Source: Acidimicrobiales bacterium
Lineage (GTDB): Bacteria > Actinomycetota > Acidimicrobiia > Acidimicrobiales > Aldehydirespiratoraceae
NCBI GenBank assembly: GCA_963422655.1
Contig: OY730440.1
Location: forward strand, 2,041,442-2,105,441
Length of the DNA stretch: 64,000 bases
Direction: 5' to 3'
Each line of letters starts with the position of its first letter. The stretch's first letter is position 1. Below the pieces are notes generated by a model. It ran no database searches. It was given only the letters and a program-made list of their open reading frames with translations, and was not told where the DNA came from. The translations under genes and the position numbers were made by a program. Shown here one piece after another: positions 9,974-18,860 of this stretch.

Positions 9974-11467
9974 ATGCAATCCGAGCGTATGCTGTCTCGG
10001 GTCAGCCAGTTCACCCCCCGCCTGCGGTCGGGGTGGACCGGGGCCGTGCTGATAGCGGTGGCAATGCTGGTCCTGTGGCTGCCCGACCTCGATCTCCCCC
10101 TCGGTGACAGCGACGACGGCCGTATCCTGGCCCGCTACGGCCTCCAGGCCCGTAACTACTGGGAGCTGGGACCGGCCGAATCCAACTTCGGGACCCGGGT
10201 CGATCCCTATATCCGGGGTGGCTTCGAGGTGGAACCGGGCGCCGAACCGCCTACTGCTGCCCTCACCTACGCCCATCATCCGCCTCTACAGGTTTTCGTG
10301 ACCATCATCTCCTTCGGCCTGCTCGGCGACAGCTTGGTGGCGCTGCGACTGGCCGGTTTCGTGATGGGAGCCTCCACCGTGGTGTTCATGGCCGCTCTGC
10401 TGCGGGGTCGGGGGCTGGGCTGGGGCCCGACCCTGCTGGCGGTGGGGGCAATGGCCGCCACCGGCTTCTATTACATATACGGGCGGCTCGGGGTGGGTTT
10501 CTCTCTCATCGTCGCCGTCGTTGCTCTGGTCTCCTACTTGCGCGACACGACCCGCCCGTCCCGCTGGCTTCTGGCCGCGGCCGCCACCGTGGCCGGTCTG
10601 GCCGTCATGCAGTCGTGGATTGCCATGGCTGCGGTGGGGCTGCTGGTGCTGTGGCTGTGGACGGTCCAGGGGCGCTCGGCCGCGTTGGGATGGGTACTCG
10701 CTGGCGCCCTGATAGGGGTAGCTGTCACCGTGGCGTGGATACTCAACGCCACCGGCCCGGCCGAGCTGGGCGATCAGGTGGCGACCCGCACCGACTCGTC
10801 GACGGGCTCCTTGGGGGACTTCTTGTCCCGCCAGTGGCGTTTCGCCGGTCTCCTCACCCCGGTGTGGCTGCGATGGCTCATGGTCCCGGCCTTGGTGGCC
10901 GGTCTGGCTGATCGCCGGACCCGGATGGCCACCGCCGTGACCCTGGCCGTGGCTGCGGCCTGGACCTTCGGCCTCCGCCAAGGAGCTTGGGTCCACGCGC
11001 TGTGGAACTTCCCCTGGCTGGCACCGGTGACCATCGGGTTGGCCGCTCTCGGTGACGCGACCCGCCGCTTGGTCCGGGGCCGGGTAGCCTTGGTGGCGGG
11101 AGCGGGGGCCGGGGCTGTGATCATGGTCACATTGTTCGGGTTGGTCACCGGCTCCACCCGTGAGGACTACCTGTCGGATCCGGCTGCGGCCGCCACTGCT
11201 ATCGAGCGAGCGGTCGAGCCCGCTTCGGGTCGTCTGTGGGTCACGCCTCAGATATCGTCGCCTCGATGGGTCTCCTACTACATTGACTTGCCGGTGTGGA
11301 CTCTGACCGAGCATTACCTCGACGAATTGGGCGTCGACGATCTGGTGCTCGTCCGCACCGACCGCATACCCGGCTTCCTCGCCGACCGGATTCCCGGCGA
11401 CTCCGGCCCCGATGAGATCGTCGAGGGCCGCTATCGGCTGATCCCGGCTCTGGTCCTGAACGGATGA
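9974..11467 (+). CDS. Polytopic membrane protein, putative GT-C-fold glycosyltransferase
   Basis: More than 10 hydrophobic segments. An acidic first loop (LPLGDSDDGRILARYG) resembles GT-C/ArnT/PMT-like enzymes. Translationally coupled to the downstream dual GT2 gene. Confidence 0.5.
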   Translation: MQSERMLSRVSQFTPRLRSGWTGAVLIAVAMLVLWLPDLDLPLGDSDDGRILARYGLQARNYWELGPAESNFGTRVDPYIRGGFEVEPGAEPPTAALTYAHHPPLQVFVTIISFGLLGDSLVALRLAGFVMGASTVVFMAALLRGRGLGWGPTLLAVGAMAATGFYYIYGRLGVGFSLIVAVVALVSYLRDTTRPSRWLLAAAATVAGLAVMQSWIAMAAVGLLVLWLWTVQGRSAALGWVLAGALIGVAVTVAWILNATGPAELGDQVATRTDSSTGSLGDFLSRQWRFAGLLTPVWLRWLMVPALVAGLADRRTRMATAVTLAVAAAWTFGLRQGAWVHALWNFPWLAPVTIGLAALGDATRRLVRGRVALVAGAGAGAVIMVTLFGLVTGSTREDYLSDPAAAATAIERAVEPASGRLWVTPQISSPRWVSYYIDLPVWTLTEHYLDELGVDDLVLVRTDRIPGFLADRIPGDSGPDEIVEGRYRLIPALVLNG

Positions 11468-14400
11468 CCGAGCCGGCCCCGCCCGCCGAGGTGATAGGCA
11501 ACGACTGGCCCTCCCTGGCCGTCGATCCCCTCGAAAGCTGGACGCCCCGACGCTTCGTCACTGTGGTGGTGTCGTACTACCAGGCCCCCGAGGCTCTGGC
11601 TCTGACCCTGGCCGCGCTCGAGGGCCAGACCTACCCGCCGGAGCTGTTCGAGGTGATCGTGGTCGACGACGGTTCCGATCCGCCCCTGGCTCCGATTTCC
11701 GATACACCGTTGTCGGTGCGGGTGGTGCACCAGCCCGATCTGGGCTTCGGGCTGGCCCGGGCTCGCAACACCGGGGCTCGGGCCGCTGGTGGAGAGATAC
11801 TGGTGTTTCTCGACTGCGACATGTTGCCCGAAGCGGGCTGGCTGGCCGCCCATGCTCGCTGGCACCATGCCGCCAGCGACGTGATCTCGATCGGGTTCCG
11901 GTCTCATGTGGAGGTGACCGACTTGGACCCGGTGAACATCCGGTCCCGGCCGGGTTCGCTGGCCGACCTGTTCGAGGGCCGATCCCAGAACCGGCCCGAG
12001 TGGATCGAGTTCCACATGGTCCGAACCGCCCATCTGACATCCGACGCCGATGACCTGTTCCGGGTCGTGACCGGCGGCAACTTCGGCATCTCCCGTGCAT
12101 TCTTCGAGACGGTGGGTGGTTTCGACGAGACCTTCACGCAGTGGGGCACCGAGGACATCGAGTTCGGTTTCAGAGCCTTTACTCGGGGTGGCTTGCTGGT
12201 GCCGGTGCGGGATGCGTTCTGCTGGCATCAGGGGCCGGGGGCGGCCCCTGATGCCGAGGATAGAGCGAACCTCGATTTCCAGAGGGCCAAGATCGCCCAT
12301 CTGATCGCCCACCACAGTTTCCGCCGGGATCGGGCCGGACGCAGCTTCACCGTGCCCCAGTACGTGGTGACGGTCGGGCAGGGCTCGGCCCCGGCCGAGG
12401 CGATATTCGAGACGGTCGAGGGGGTGCTGGCCAGCACTGTCCACGATCTGGTGGTCTGGGTGGAGATGCCCGCTGATGCCGTCACAGGTGCGGGAGATGG
12501 TCCCGCTGGCGCTGTCTACGGGTGGCTGCGCTATCAGTTCGAGCCCGATCCCCGGGTCTGGTTCGGTCCGATCGGCGGGGCCTTGGATTGTTTCCCCACT
12601 TCCTCCTTCCACGTCACGATCCCGGCCGGTATCACCGTCGGCCCCATTCTCGTCCGCTGCCTGCGCTGGGCCCTGAGCACCGCTGCGTCGGGTACCGCTC
12701 GCCTCGACGATGGCTCAGAGGTGAGTATCACCCGCACCTGGGCCTTACACCGGGCTCGTCGAACCGGGCTGGCCCTGGTCGAGGTCGGGGATGTGATGAG
12801 GCTGTCACCGACCGGGCTCGGGTTGGCTTTCGGCCTCCGGTCGGTGCTGGTCCGCCTCTCGACCCGTCGCTATTTTCGCTGGTTTCGCCGGTTCAAGACT
12901 TGGGCTCTGGGGGCCAAACCGGTTGCCGAGTCCAAGGGGCATCGACGCCGGCCTCGATCGAGCCGGATCTCCATTCTGTGCCGGATGCTGATTCAGATCC
13001 GTCGGCCCGCTGACCTGAGGCAGGTTCTGGGCTGGGTGGGGCGCGGGGTCCGAGACCAGATCATCCGCCGTCTCATCCGCCGTCTCATCCGCCGTCTCCC
13101 CCGCCGTCTCAACCGCCGTCTCACCCGCCGTCTAGTTCTTCCTCCCGGCTCGCCGACCGACTATCTCGACATCTCGGCTATTGGCCCTTCGGTCCCGGCT
13201 CGTCCTATTGGTTCCGCTTCGGTGCCGGAGGTACCCGTTCAGCTCTCGGTCCCGGCTCTCGACCCCACCGTTGTCAACCCCATCGGCTGGACTCCCGACT
13301 TCGACGACACCGTGGTTGCGCTGGGGCCGCCCGAGCTGCTTCCTCTCGACGTGCGGGCTCGCACTACCGCCGCCCTGCGCCCGCCGGCCGGCAGTTTGGA
13401 GGGTATGCGCCGGGCTCACCACGTGGAGGATGTCGCCGCCTACCACGATGGGGTGATCCAGCGAGCTACCACCCTGGTCGAACTGGCCGCAGCCGGGGTG
13501 GTCGTCCACTTGGCCGACACCGACACCGACACCGACACCTTCCCCGGCCTGCGTGGGTACTTGGGGGCCGAGCTCCACCGCCTGATGACTGCCAGCGACA
13601 TCGAGGGTTTCGACCGGCATCGGCGTGAGCTCGTCAGTATCTGTATGCGCCGAGCCGCCCTGCGTGATCACTGCCTACGGAGCCGGGCCGCCCAGGCTCG
13701 GGCTCTGGCCGCCGGGATCGAGACCCGCGCGTCCGACGGAGGTTCGATCACCGTGCCGGCTGGACCAGCCTGGCCCCCTGAGGTGTCGGTGCTGCTGCCC
13801 ACCCGGCGTCCGGCCTCGTTGAGCGCTGCCATAGACAACGTGGCCCGCCAGACCTACCCCCGGCTGGAGCTGGTGCTGGCCCTGCACGGCGACGGCTTCG
13901 ACACCGACGCCTTGCAATCCCTGATAGCCGGGCTCGACTTCGGGGTCCAAGTGGTACCGGTTGTCGGCACGCTGCCTCTGGGGCGGGTGCTCGACGCCGC
14001 GGTGTCGGCCTCCTCGGGAGCTCTGCTCACCAAATTCGACGACGATGACGTCTACGGCGCCGAGCACGTGTGGGACTTGGTGCTGGCCCACGAGTATTCG
14101 GGGGCAGAGCTGGTGGCCAAGGGGGCTGAGTACGTCTACCTGGCCGCTTCGGACCAGACCATCCACCGCTTCGGTGGCCGGGGAGAGCGGTTCTCCCTTC
14201 GGCCCACCGTGGCCGGGGGGGCCATGCTGATTGCGGCCCAAGATCTAGCTGCTGCCGGTGGGTGGCAACCGCGGCCCGACAGCGTCGACAAGGCTCTGGT
14301 CGACGACATCGTCCGGACTGGAGGGAGGGTCTACCGGACCCACGGGGCCGGATACGTGCTGGTCCGCCACGGGGTGGACCACACCTGGCCAGCCGAGGAT

Positions 14401-14472
14401 TCCTACTTCTTGGACCAGGCCACTCTGGTGCGGCCCGGCCGGAACCTGACCCTGGCCGGCATCGATGCCTGA
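11464..14472 (+). CDS. Large glycosyltransferase with two family-2 (GT-A) domains
   Basis: GT2 starts VTVVVSYYQAPEALALTLAALEGQTYPPELFEVIVVDDGSD and VSVLLPTRRPASLSAAIDNVARQTYPRLELVLALHGDG..FDDDDVYG. A repeat-rich basic linker sits between them. Confidence 0.85.
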   Translation: MTEPAPPAEVIGNDWPSLAVDPLESWTPRRFVTVVVSYYQAPEALALTLAALEGQTYPPELFEVIVVDDGSDPPLAPISDTPLSVRVVHQPDLGFGLARARNTGARAAGGEILVFLDCDMLPEAGWLAAHARWHHAASDVISIGFRSHVEVTDLDPVNIRSRPGSLADLFEGRSQNRPEWIEFHMVRTAHLTSDADDLFRVVTGGNFGISRAFFETVGGFDETFTQWGTEDIEFGFRAFTRGGLLVPVRDAFCWHQGPGAAPDAEDRANLDFQRAKIAHLIAHHSFRRDRAGRSFTVPQYVVTVGQGSAPAEAIFETVEGVLASTVHDLVVWVEMPADAVTGAGDGPAGAVYGWLRYQFEPDPRVWFGPIGGALDCFPTSSFHVTIPAGITVGPILVRCLRWALSTAASGTARLDDGSEVSITRTWALHRARRTGLALVEVGDVMRLSPTGLGLAFGLRSVLVRLSTRRYFRWFRRFKTWALGAKPVAESKGHRRRPRSSRISILCRMLIQIRRPADLRQVLGWVGRGVRDQIIRRLIRRLIRRLPRRLNRRLTRRLVLPPGSPTDYLDISAIGPSVPARPIGSASVPEVPVQLSVPALDPTVVNPIGWTPDFDDTVVALGPPELLPLDVRARTTAALRPPAGSLEGMRRAHHVEDVAAYHDGVIQRATTLVELAAAGVVVHLADTDTDTDTFPGLRGYLGAELHRLMTASDIEGFDRHRRELVSICMRRAALRDHCLRSRAAQARALAAGIETRASDGGSITVPAGPAWPPEVSVLLPTRRPASLSAAIDNVARQTYPRLELVLALHGDGFDTDALQSLIAGLDFGVQVVPVVGTLPLGRVLDAAVSASSGALLTKFDDDDVYGAEHVWDLVLAHEYSGAELVAKGAEYVYLAASDQTIHRFGGRGERFSLRPTVAGGAMLIAAQDLAAAGGWQPRPDSVDKALVDDIVRTGGRVYRTHGAGYVLVRHGVDHTWPAEDSYFLDQATLVRPGRNLTLAGIDA
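13062..13133 (+). repeat. 6 x 12-nt in-frame tandem repeat (catccgccgtct and variants) encoding (I/P/N/T)RRL x6
   Basis: Read directly. It lies inside the linker of the dual GT2 protein. A second microrepeat (gacacc)x4, encoding DTDTDTDT, is near 13518-13541. Confidence 0.9.
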
Positions 14473-14741
14473 TGCACGCCCGACTCACCGTTCTGGCTGC
14501 TGCCTCGGGGGTCTGGTACACTTCAGCAACGTTGCGCCGGTACATTGTTGCTGTAGTGTGACATCGTTGTTAAACTTCCGCAGACTGGTTACAGGCTTCG
14601 TCAGGGGTTGATTTGATGTGATCGAGCCGAAGGTGTGTTACATTGACTAATCGTGTTGGCCTAGGGTCAATTCAGGAAAGGAGGGGCCCCATGCCCCAGC
14701 TAGAGGGGCAAACGCCCCCGGTAGTGAAAAAGGAGGGGTTC

Positions 14742-17066
14742 ATGCCCCAACTCAAAAAGCGGCGTACCAGGAAGCTGAGTTCGCACTTGGCCTTGCTGGG
14801 TGCCGTAGCCATAGTGGCTTCTGTCCTCGCCGTTGGAACCTCACCGGTTACGGCCAAGGAGGGAACCCCCGAGGCGCAAGCCGGGTACTCGGCTTGCGTC
14901 GGTCCGGCTTCGGCTGACGCCGGTTTCGAAGACGTTACCGCCGGTAGCACTCACGACGCCGCCGTCAACTGCATCGCCTACTACGGGATCACCGTGGGTA
15001 AGACGGAAAAGACGTTTGCCCCCAGTGACAATATCACCCGCCGCCAGTTGGCGGTGATGCTGACGCGGGCGGCCGGTCCAGCCGATGTCACTTTGGGTGA
15101 TGGCGAATCCGTAGGTTTCTCCGACATCGAGGAAATACCCGAGGACGTGCAGGAGGCCATCAACCAGATGGCTGGCCTGGGCATCATGAAAGGCACAACG
15201 GGAACGACCTTCGACCCGAGCGGTATCGTGTCCCGGGCCGACATTGTCGAGGCCTTGGCCCGGTTCCTGAGCAATGCCAAGACCGGTCCCGGCGGTTCTT
15301 CCGTCAAGGTGGCTCCCAACGGCAAAGTAACTATCAAGACGGGTAGCGAAGACATAACCATCGACGAGACCTTCCGTGATCTCGGCCCGGTGACTTTTGC
15401 CGCCCATCAAGCCATCTTGGCCATGGCCGAACTGGGTGTGGCCGCGGGTAAAGGTGACGGGGTCTTCGCTCCGGCCGCGAACGTGACCCGGGCCCAAGCT
15501 GCCGCCTTCATAACCCGGACTCTTGATCATACCAACATACGTCCCGCCGGTCTCACTTTACAGGCCTCGAAATCGGCTGCAGAAGCCGGTGATGAGATCA
15601 CTCTGGCTATCTCGGTGCGGGGAGAAGATTTCGCTCCCGTCGACGAAGCTCCCATTGATGTGTTCAAGCATGCCACGGCCAGTACCGATAAGCCTTTCAA
15701 GGCTGATGGCACATGCGATACCAGCGTCGTCACCACTGAGGAATCCAATACTGCCTGCAAGATTGATGTAGACGAAGAGACCACCGAGGATGATGGCAAC
15801 CTCATGATGGACGACGTCGAAGTCAATGGTGATACTATGTTCTACGCTTGGACCGGTAAGTCGAGTTCCTCGCTGGACTGGGACAATGATGCGGTGTCCA
15901 AGGACAACACTGTTGTCTCCGACGCGGCATCGGTCAGTATCACCATCAATGCGACTCCGGACTTGGTTAAGGTTTCCGTCAGTGGCTCGGAGAATTCCGC
16001 CACCGGGGAGAAAACTTTCAAATTGGGAACAACAGATAAAACTGTTGAGTACAACCGCACTGTCAAGTACGGCACTGCGGTGAAGGTTGCGATCCAGCTC
16101 ATGGAGAAGGAGAAACAGGCCAAGATTTCTGGCTATACCTACCAGTGGCGAGTCACAGGATATCAAGCCGCCACTACCACGGTTAAATCGGCTAAGGTAC
16201 TGGTCGGAAAACTGATCGAGACCACTGCGTGGAAGACGATCACCACCGATGACGACGGTATGGCCACATTTGAGCTCCCCTCCACCCCAGATCCGGACAA
16301 GAAGGGGGACGATTTCACGACTTGGACGTACGAAATCGAAGCCACGGGTGCTACTGCCAAGAAGGGTATAACCATTTCGAACAGCACAGGAACAGTAATG
16401 TTCGATGATGACGACCCCGAATCCGAGGACGGTAAGTTGAGACTCAGTTTGAGCCAGCCTTATACCAGAGCGGGTGCCAACTCGAGCGTGAAGCTGACAG
16501 CCACGGTCACCGACCAGTACGGCGGCCCCCTGAAGGACATAGAGGTAAGGTTCTTTTCTAAAGAAGGCGAAAAGGACAAGGAATCTCTGAGCGCAAAGGT
16601 TCTTGACACCAAGTCCAACGGTACCAGGTCACTCACTGCCACCGGTCCTAAGGATGCAGGTACCACTGAATATATGGTGGACGCAGACCTGATTAAAGGC
16701 GAGGAAGCAGCATCTAGTTCGATGACTCACTACTGGGTTGAGGATCCGAAGGTTGATGCTGCTGATGGCGGTGCGGATGCACTACCTGAGGATGCACAGA
16801 AAATTTTGGTTCCGGCTTTCGCTAACAATGAGCTAGTGGTTGGAGAAGGGTCACCGATGGTTTTCAAGTACAGAATCGGTGATCAGTTCAAGTTGGACGG
16901 TAAGTCCCTGTCACTAGCTGCATTCGAAACCGAGTACGGCAAGCATGTGGAAGCTCAGAAGAAGGCGAAAAGTGATTGCCTCGGTGATGTGACGGTGACC
17001 CAGTACAACACCAAGAAGGGTCTGTCCGCCTTTGAGGTAGACACCTCTAAGTGTACTAAGACCTGA
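14742..17066 (+). CDS. S-layer-type surface protein with three N-terminal SLH domains
   Basis: Signal peptide MPQLKKRRTRKLSSHLALLGAVAIVASVLAVGTSPVTA. SLH repeats (FEDVTAGSTHDAAVNCIAYYGITVG..., FSDIEEIPEDVQEAINQMAGLGIMKG..., FRDLGPVTFAAHQAILAMAELGVAAG...). The C-terminal 550 aa are T/D/K-rich and beta-like. An alternative in-frame start at 14691 also has an aaggagg SD. Confidence 0.85.
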   Translation: MPQLKKRRTRKLSSHLALLGAVAIVASVLAVGTSPVTAKEGTPEAQAGYSACVGPASADAGFEDVTAGSTHDAAVNCIAYYGITVGKTEKTFAPSDNITRRQLAVMLTRAAGPADVTLGDGESVGFSDIEEIPEDVQEAINQMAGLGIMKGTTGTTFDPSGIVSRADIVEALARFLSNAKTGPGGSSVKVAPNGKVTIKTGSEDITIDETFRDLGPVTFAAHQAILAMAELGVAAGKGDGVFAPAANVTRAQAAAFITRTLDHTNIRPAGLTLQASKSAAEAGDEITLAISVRGEDFAPVDEAPIDVFKHATASTDKPFKADGTCDTSVVTTEESNTACKIDVDEETTEDDGNLMMDDVEVNGDTMFYAWTGKSSSSLDWDNDAVSKDNTVVSDAASVSITINATPDLVKVSVSGSENSATGEKTFKLGTTDKTVEYNRTVKYGTAVKVAIQLMEKEKQAKISGYTYQWRVTGYQAATTTVKSAKVLVGKLIETTAWKTITTDDDGMATFELPSTPDPDKKGDDFTTWTYEIEATGATAKKGITISNSTGTVMFDDDDPESEDGKLRLSLSQPYTRAGANSSVKLTATVTDQYGGPLKDIEVRFFSKEGEKDKESLSAKVLDTKSNGTRSLTATGPKDAGTTEYMVDADLIKGEEAASSSMTHYWVEDPKVDAADGGADALPEDAQKILVPAFANNELVVGEGSPMVFKYRIGDQFKLDGKSLSLAAFETEYGKHVEAQKKAKSDCLGDVTVTQYNTKKGLSAFEVDTSKCTKT

Positions 17067-17075
17067 CCTGAAAGA

Positions 17076-17099
17076 ACGCCGGTACACACTCCCCGGCGT
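17076..17099 (+). terminator. Candidate stem-loop terminator after the S-layer gene
   Basis: acgccgg-N10-ccggcgt (7-bp GC stem) 10 nt after the stop. No U-tract. A second stem cgggaag...cttcccg follows. Confidence 0.3.
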
Positions 17100-17261
17100 A
17101 ACCCAACCAACCCGGGAAGGCCTCGGCATCAGCCGGGGTCTTCCCGCGTCTGGGGCGCCTATTCGCCTCGCCTTCGCCAGCCAATGCTCTAATGCCCGAA
17201 CGAAAGGTTAGGGCGACTACCGAATGGACCGGGTCGAGTCTTCTCGGCCAGACTGTGAGCC

Positions 17262-18833
17262 ATGCCCGATCTCCCCCGGACCGTCACTCGCACTGCCGCC
17301 ACCGGAATGGTCTCCACTATCGATCACCTAGCCACCGCCGCCGGGGTGGACCTGCTGCGTAGGGGTGGGTCCGCCGCCGACGCCACCGTGGGCGCCAACG
17401 CCGTACTGGCCGTGGTCGCCCCCCACGCCTGTGGCCTCGGCGGCGACGCCTGGGCCTTGGTCCACGACGGCGCCGGACCCCCCACCGCTCTCGATGCGGC
17501 CGGTTTCGCCGGGTCCGGTGCCGACCTCGAGCGGGTCCGAGCCCAGGGCCATCGGCGGATCCCGCTGCGAGGCCACGTCGCTTCGGTCACCGTGCCCGGT
17601 GCCGTGGACGGCTGGCTGGCCCTGCACCAGCGTTACGGTCGGCTGCCCTTGGCTCAGATCTTCGCCGAGGCCGTCCGCATGGCTTCGGACGGGTTCACCG
17701 CCTCGCCCCATCTGGCCGCCCGGGCCTCAGAAGTGGCCGACGTCGAGGGCAACACCGACATACCGGCCGGATTGCGGGCCGGCCAGATTGTTCGTCGGCC
17801 CGGCACGGCTCAGGCCCTGACCGCAATCGCCGAGCAGGGCCGGGCCGGCTTCTACGAAGGTGAGTTCGGCCGGGCCTTGATCGAGCTCGGGGCCGGAGAG
17901 TTCTCGGCATCCGATCTCGCCACCCCCATCGCCCGCTGGGTCACACCGGTACGGATCGGCGCCCTCGGCCATGAGCTGTGGACCGTGCCCCCGCCCTCGC
18001 AGGGCTACCTCACCCTGGCTTGTGCCTGGATCGCCGACAGCCTTGATCTCGGCCCCGTCGCCGACGGCCGGTGGGCTCACCTGCTGGTGGAAGCAGCCTC
18101 ACAGGCCGCTTACGACCGGCTCGCAGTGTTGCACGAGAGCGCCGACGGCCAAGCCTTGGTCGACCCGGCCCGGCTCGGACCCCGCCGTGACGGCATCGAC
18201 GGTGACCGGGCTGCCAACGTCGCTGCTCCCGCCGCTCCCGGCGACACCACCTACCTTTGCGCCATCGACCGCGACCGCATGGGTGTTTCCCTCATCAACT
18301 CCAACGCCAGCGGATTCGGCGCCCATCTGGTGGCCGGTACCACCGGTATCTTCCTCCACGACCGTGGCATCGGTTTCAGCCTCGAGTCGGGCCACCCGGC
18401 CCGATACGGCCCCGGCCGCCGCCCTCCCCACACCCTGGCGCCGGCTCTGGTCACCCGGCCCGACGGCACCCTGAGACTGGTGCTGGGCACTATGGGCGGT
18501 GATTCCCAGCCTCAGATACTGCTTCAGCTCCTTGTTCGCATACTGGCGATGGGTCAGTCCCCCGGCCAGGCCGTCAGCGCCGGGCGCTGGGTCCTCGCCC
18601 CCGACGGCCCCGGCGACAGCTTCACCACCTGGCAACCCGGACAAGGCCGCAAGGTTGCCGTCGAGGACCCGGCCTCGGGCTGGCCCACCGCCCTGGCCGA
18701 ACGGGGTCACACCGTCGAAGTGAACCCCGACGCCGGCTTCGGCCACGCCCACACGATCGAGGTGACCGAGTGGGGAACGCTGGCCGGGGCCAGCGATCCT
18801 CGGGCTCTGGTCGGCGGTGCCTTCGGGCTCTGA
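17262..18833 (+). CDS. ggt: Gamma-glutamyltransferase family protein
   Basis: GMVSTIDHLATAAGVDLLRRGGSAADA, GLGGD, the autoprocessing/nucleophile region GDTTYLCAID, and GTMGGDSQPQ. Confidence 0.85.
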   Translation: MPDLPRTVTRTAATGMVSTIDHLATAAGVDLLRRGGSAADATVGANAVLAVVAPHACGLGGDAWALVHDGAGPPTALDAAGFAGSGADLERVRAQGHRRIPLRGHVASVTVPGAVDGWLALHQRYGRLPLAQIFAEAVRMASDGFTASPHLAARASEVADVEGNTDIPAGLRAGQIVRRPGTAQALTAIAEQGRAGFYEGEFGRALIELGAGEFSASDLATPIARWVTPVRIGALGHELWTVPPPSQGYLTLACAWIADSLDLGPVADGRWAHLLVEAASQAAYDRLAVLHESADGQALVDPARLGPRRDGIDGDRAANVAAPAAPGDTTYLCAIDRDRMGVSLINSNASGFGAHLVAGTTGIFLHDRGIGFSLESGHPARYGPGRRPPHTLAPALVTRPDGTLRLVLGTMGGDSQPQILLQLLVRILAMGQSPGQAVSAGRWVLAPDGPGDSFTTWQPGQGRKVAVEDPASGWPTALAERGHTVEVNPDAGFGHAHTIEVTEWGTLAGASDPRALVGGAFGL

Positions 18834-18860
18834 TCCGGACCGGCGGGCAGAGGATCGGAT

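Noticed and set aside
14643-14672. TTGACT-N18-TCAATT as the S-layer gene promoter
   Set aside because: The -10 hexamer is poor, and it sits only about 6 nt from the first SD sequence. I could not support it over alternatives from sequence alone.
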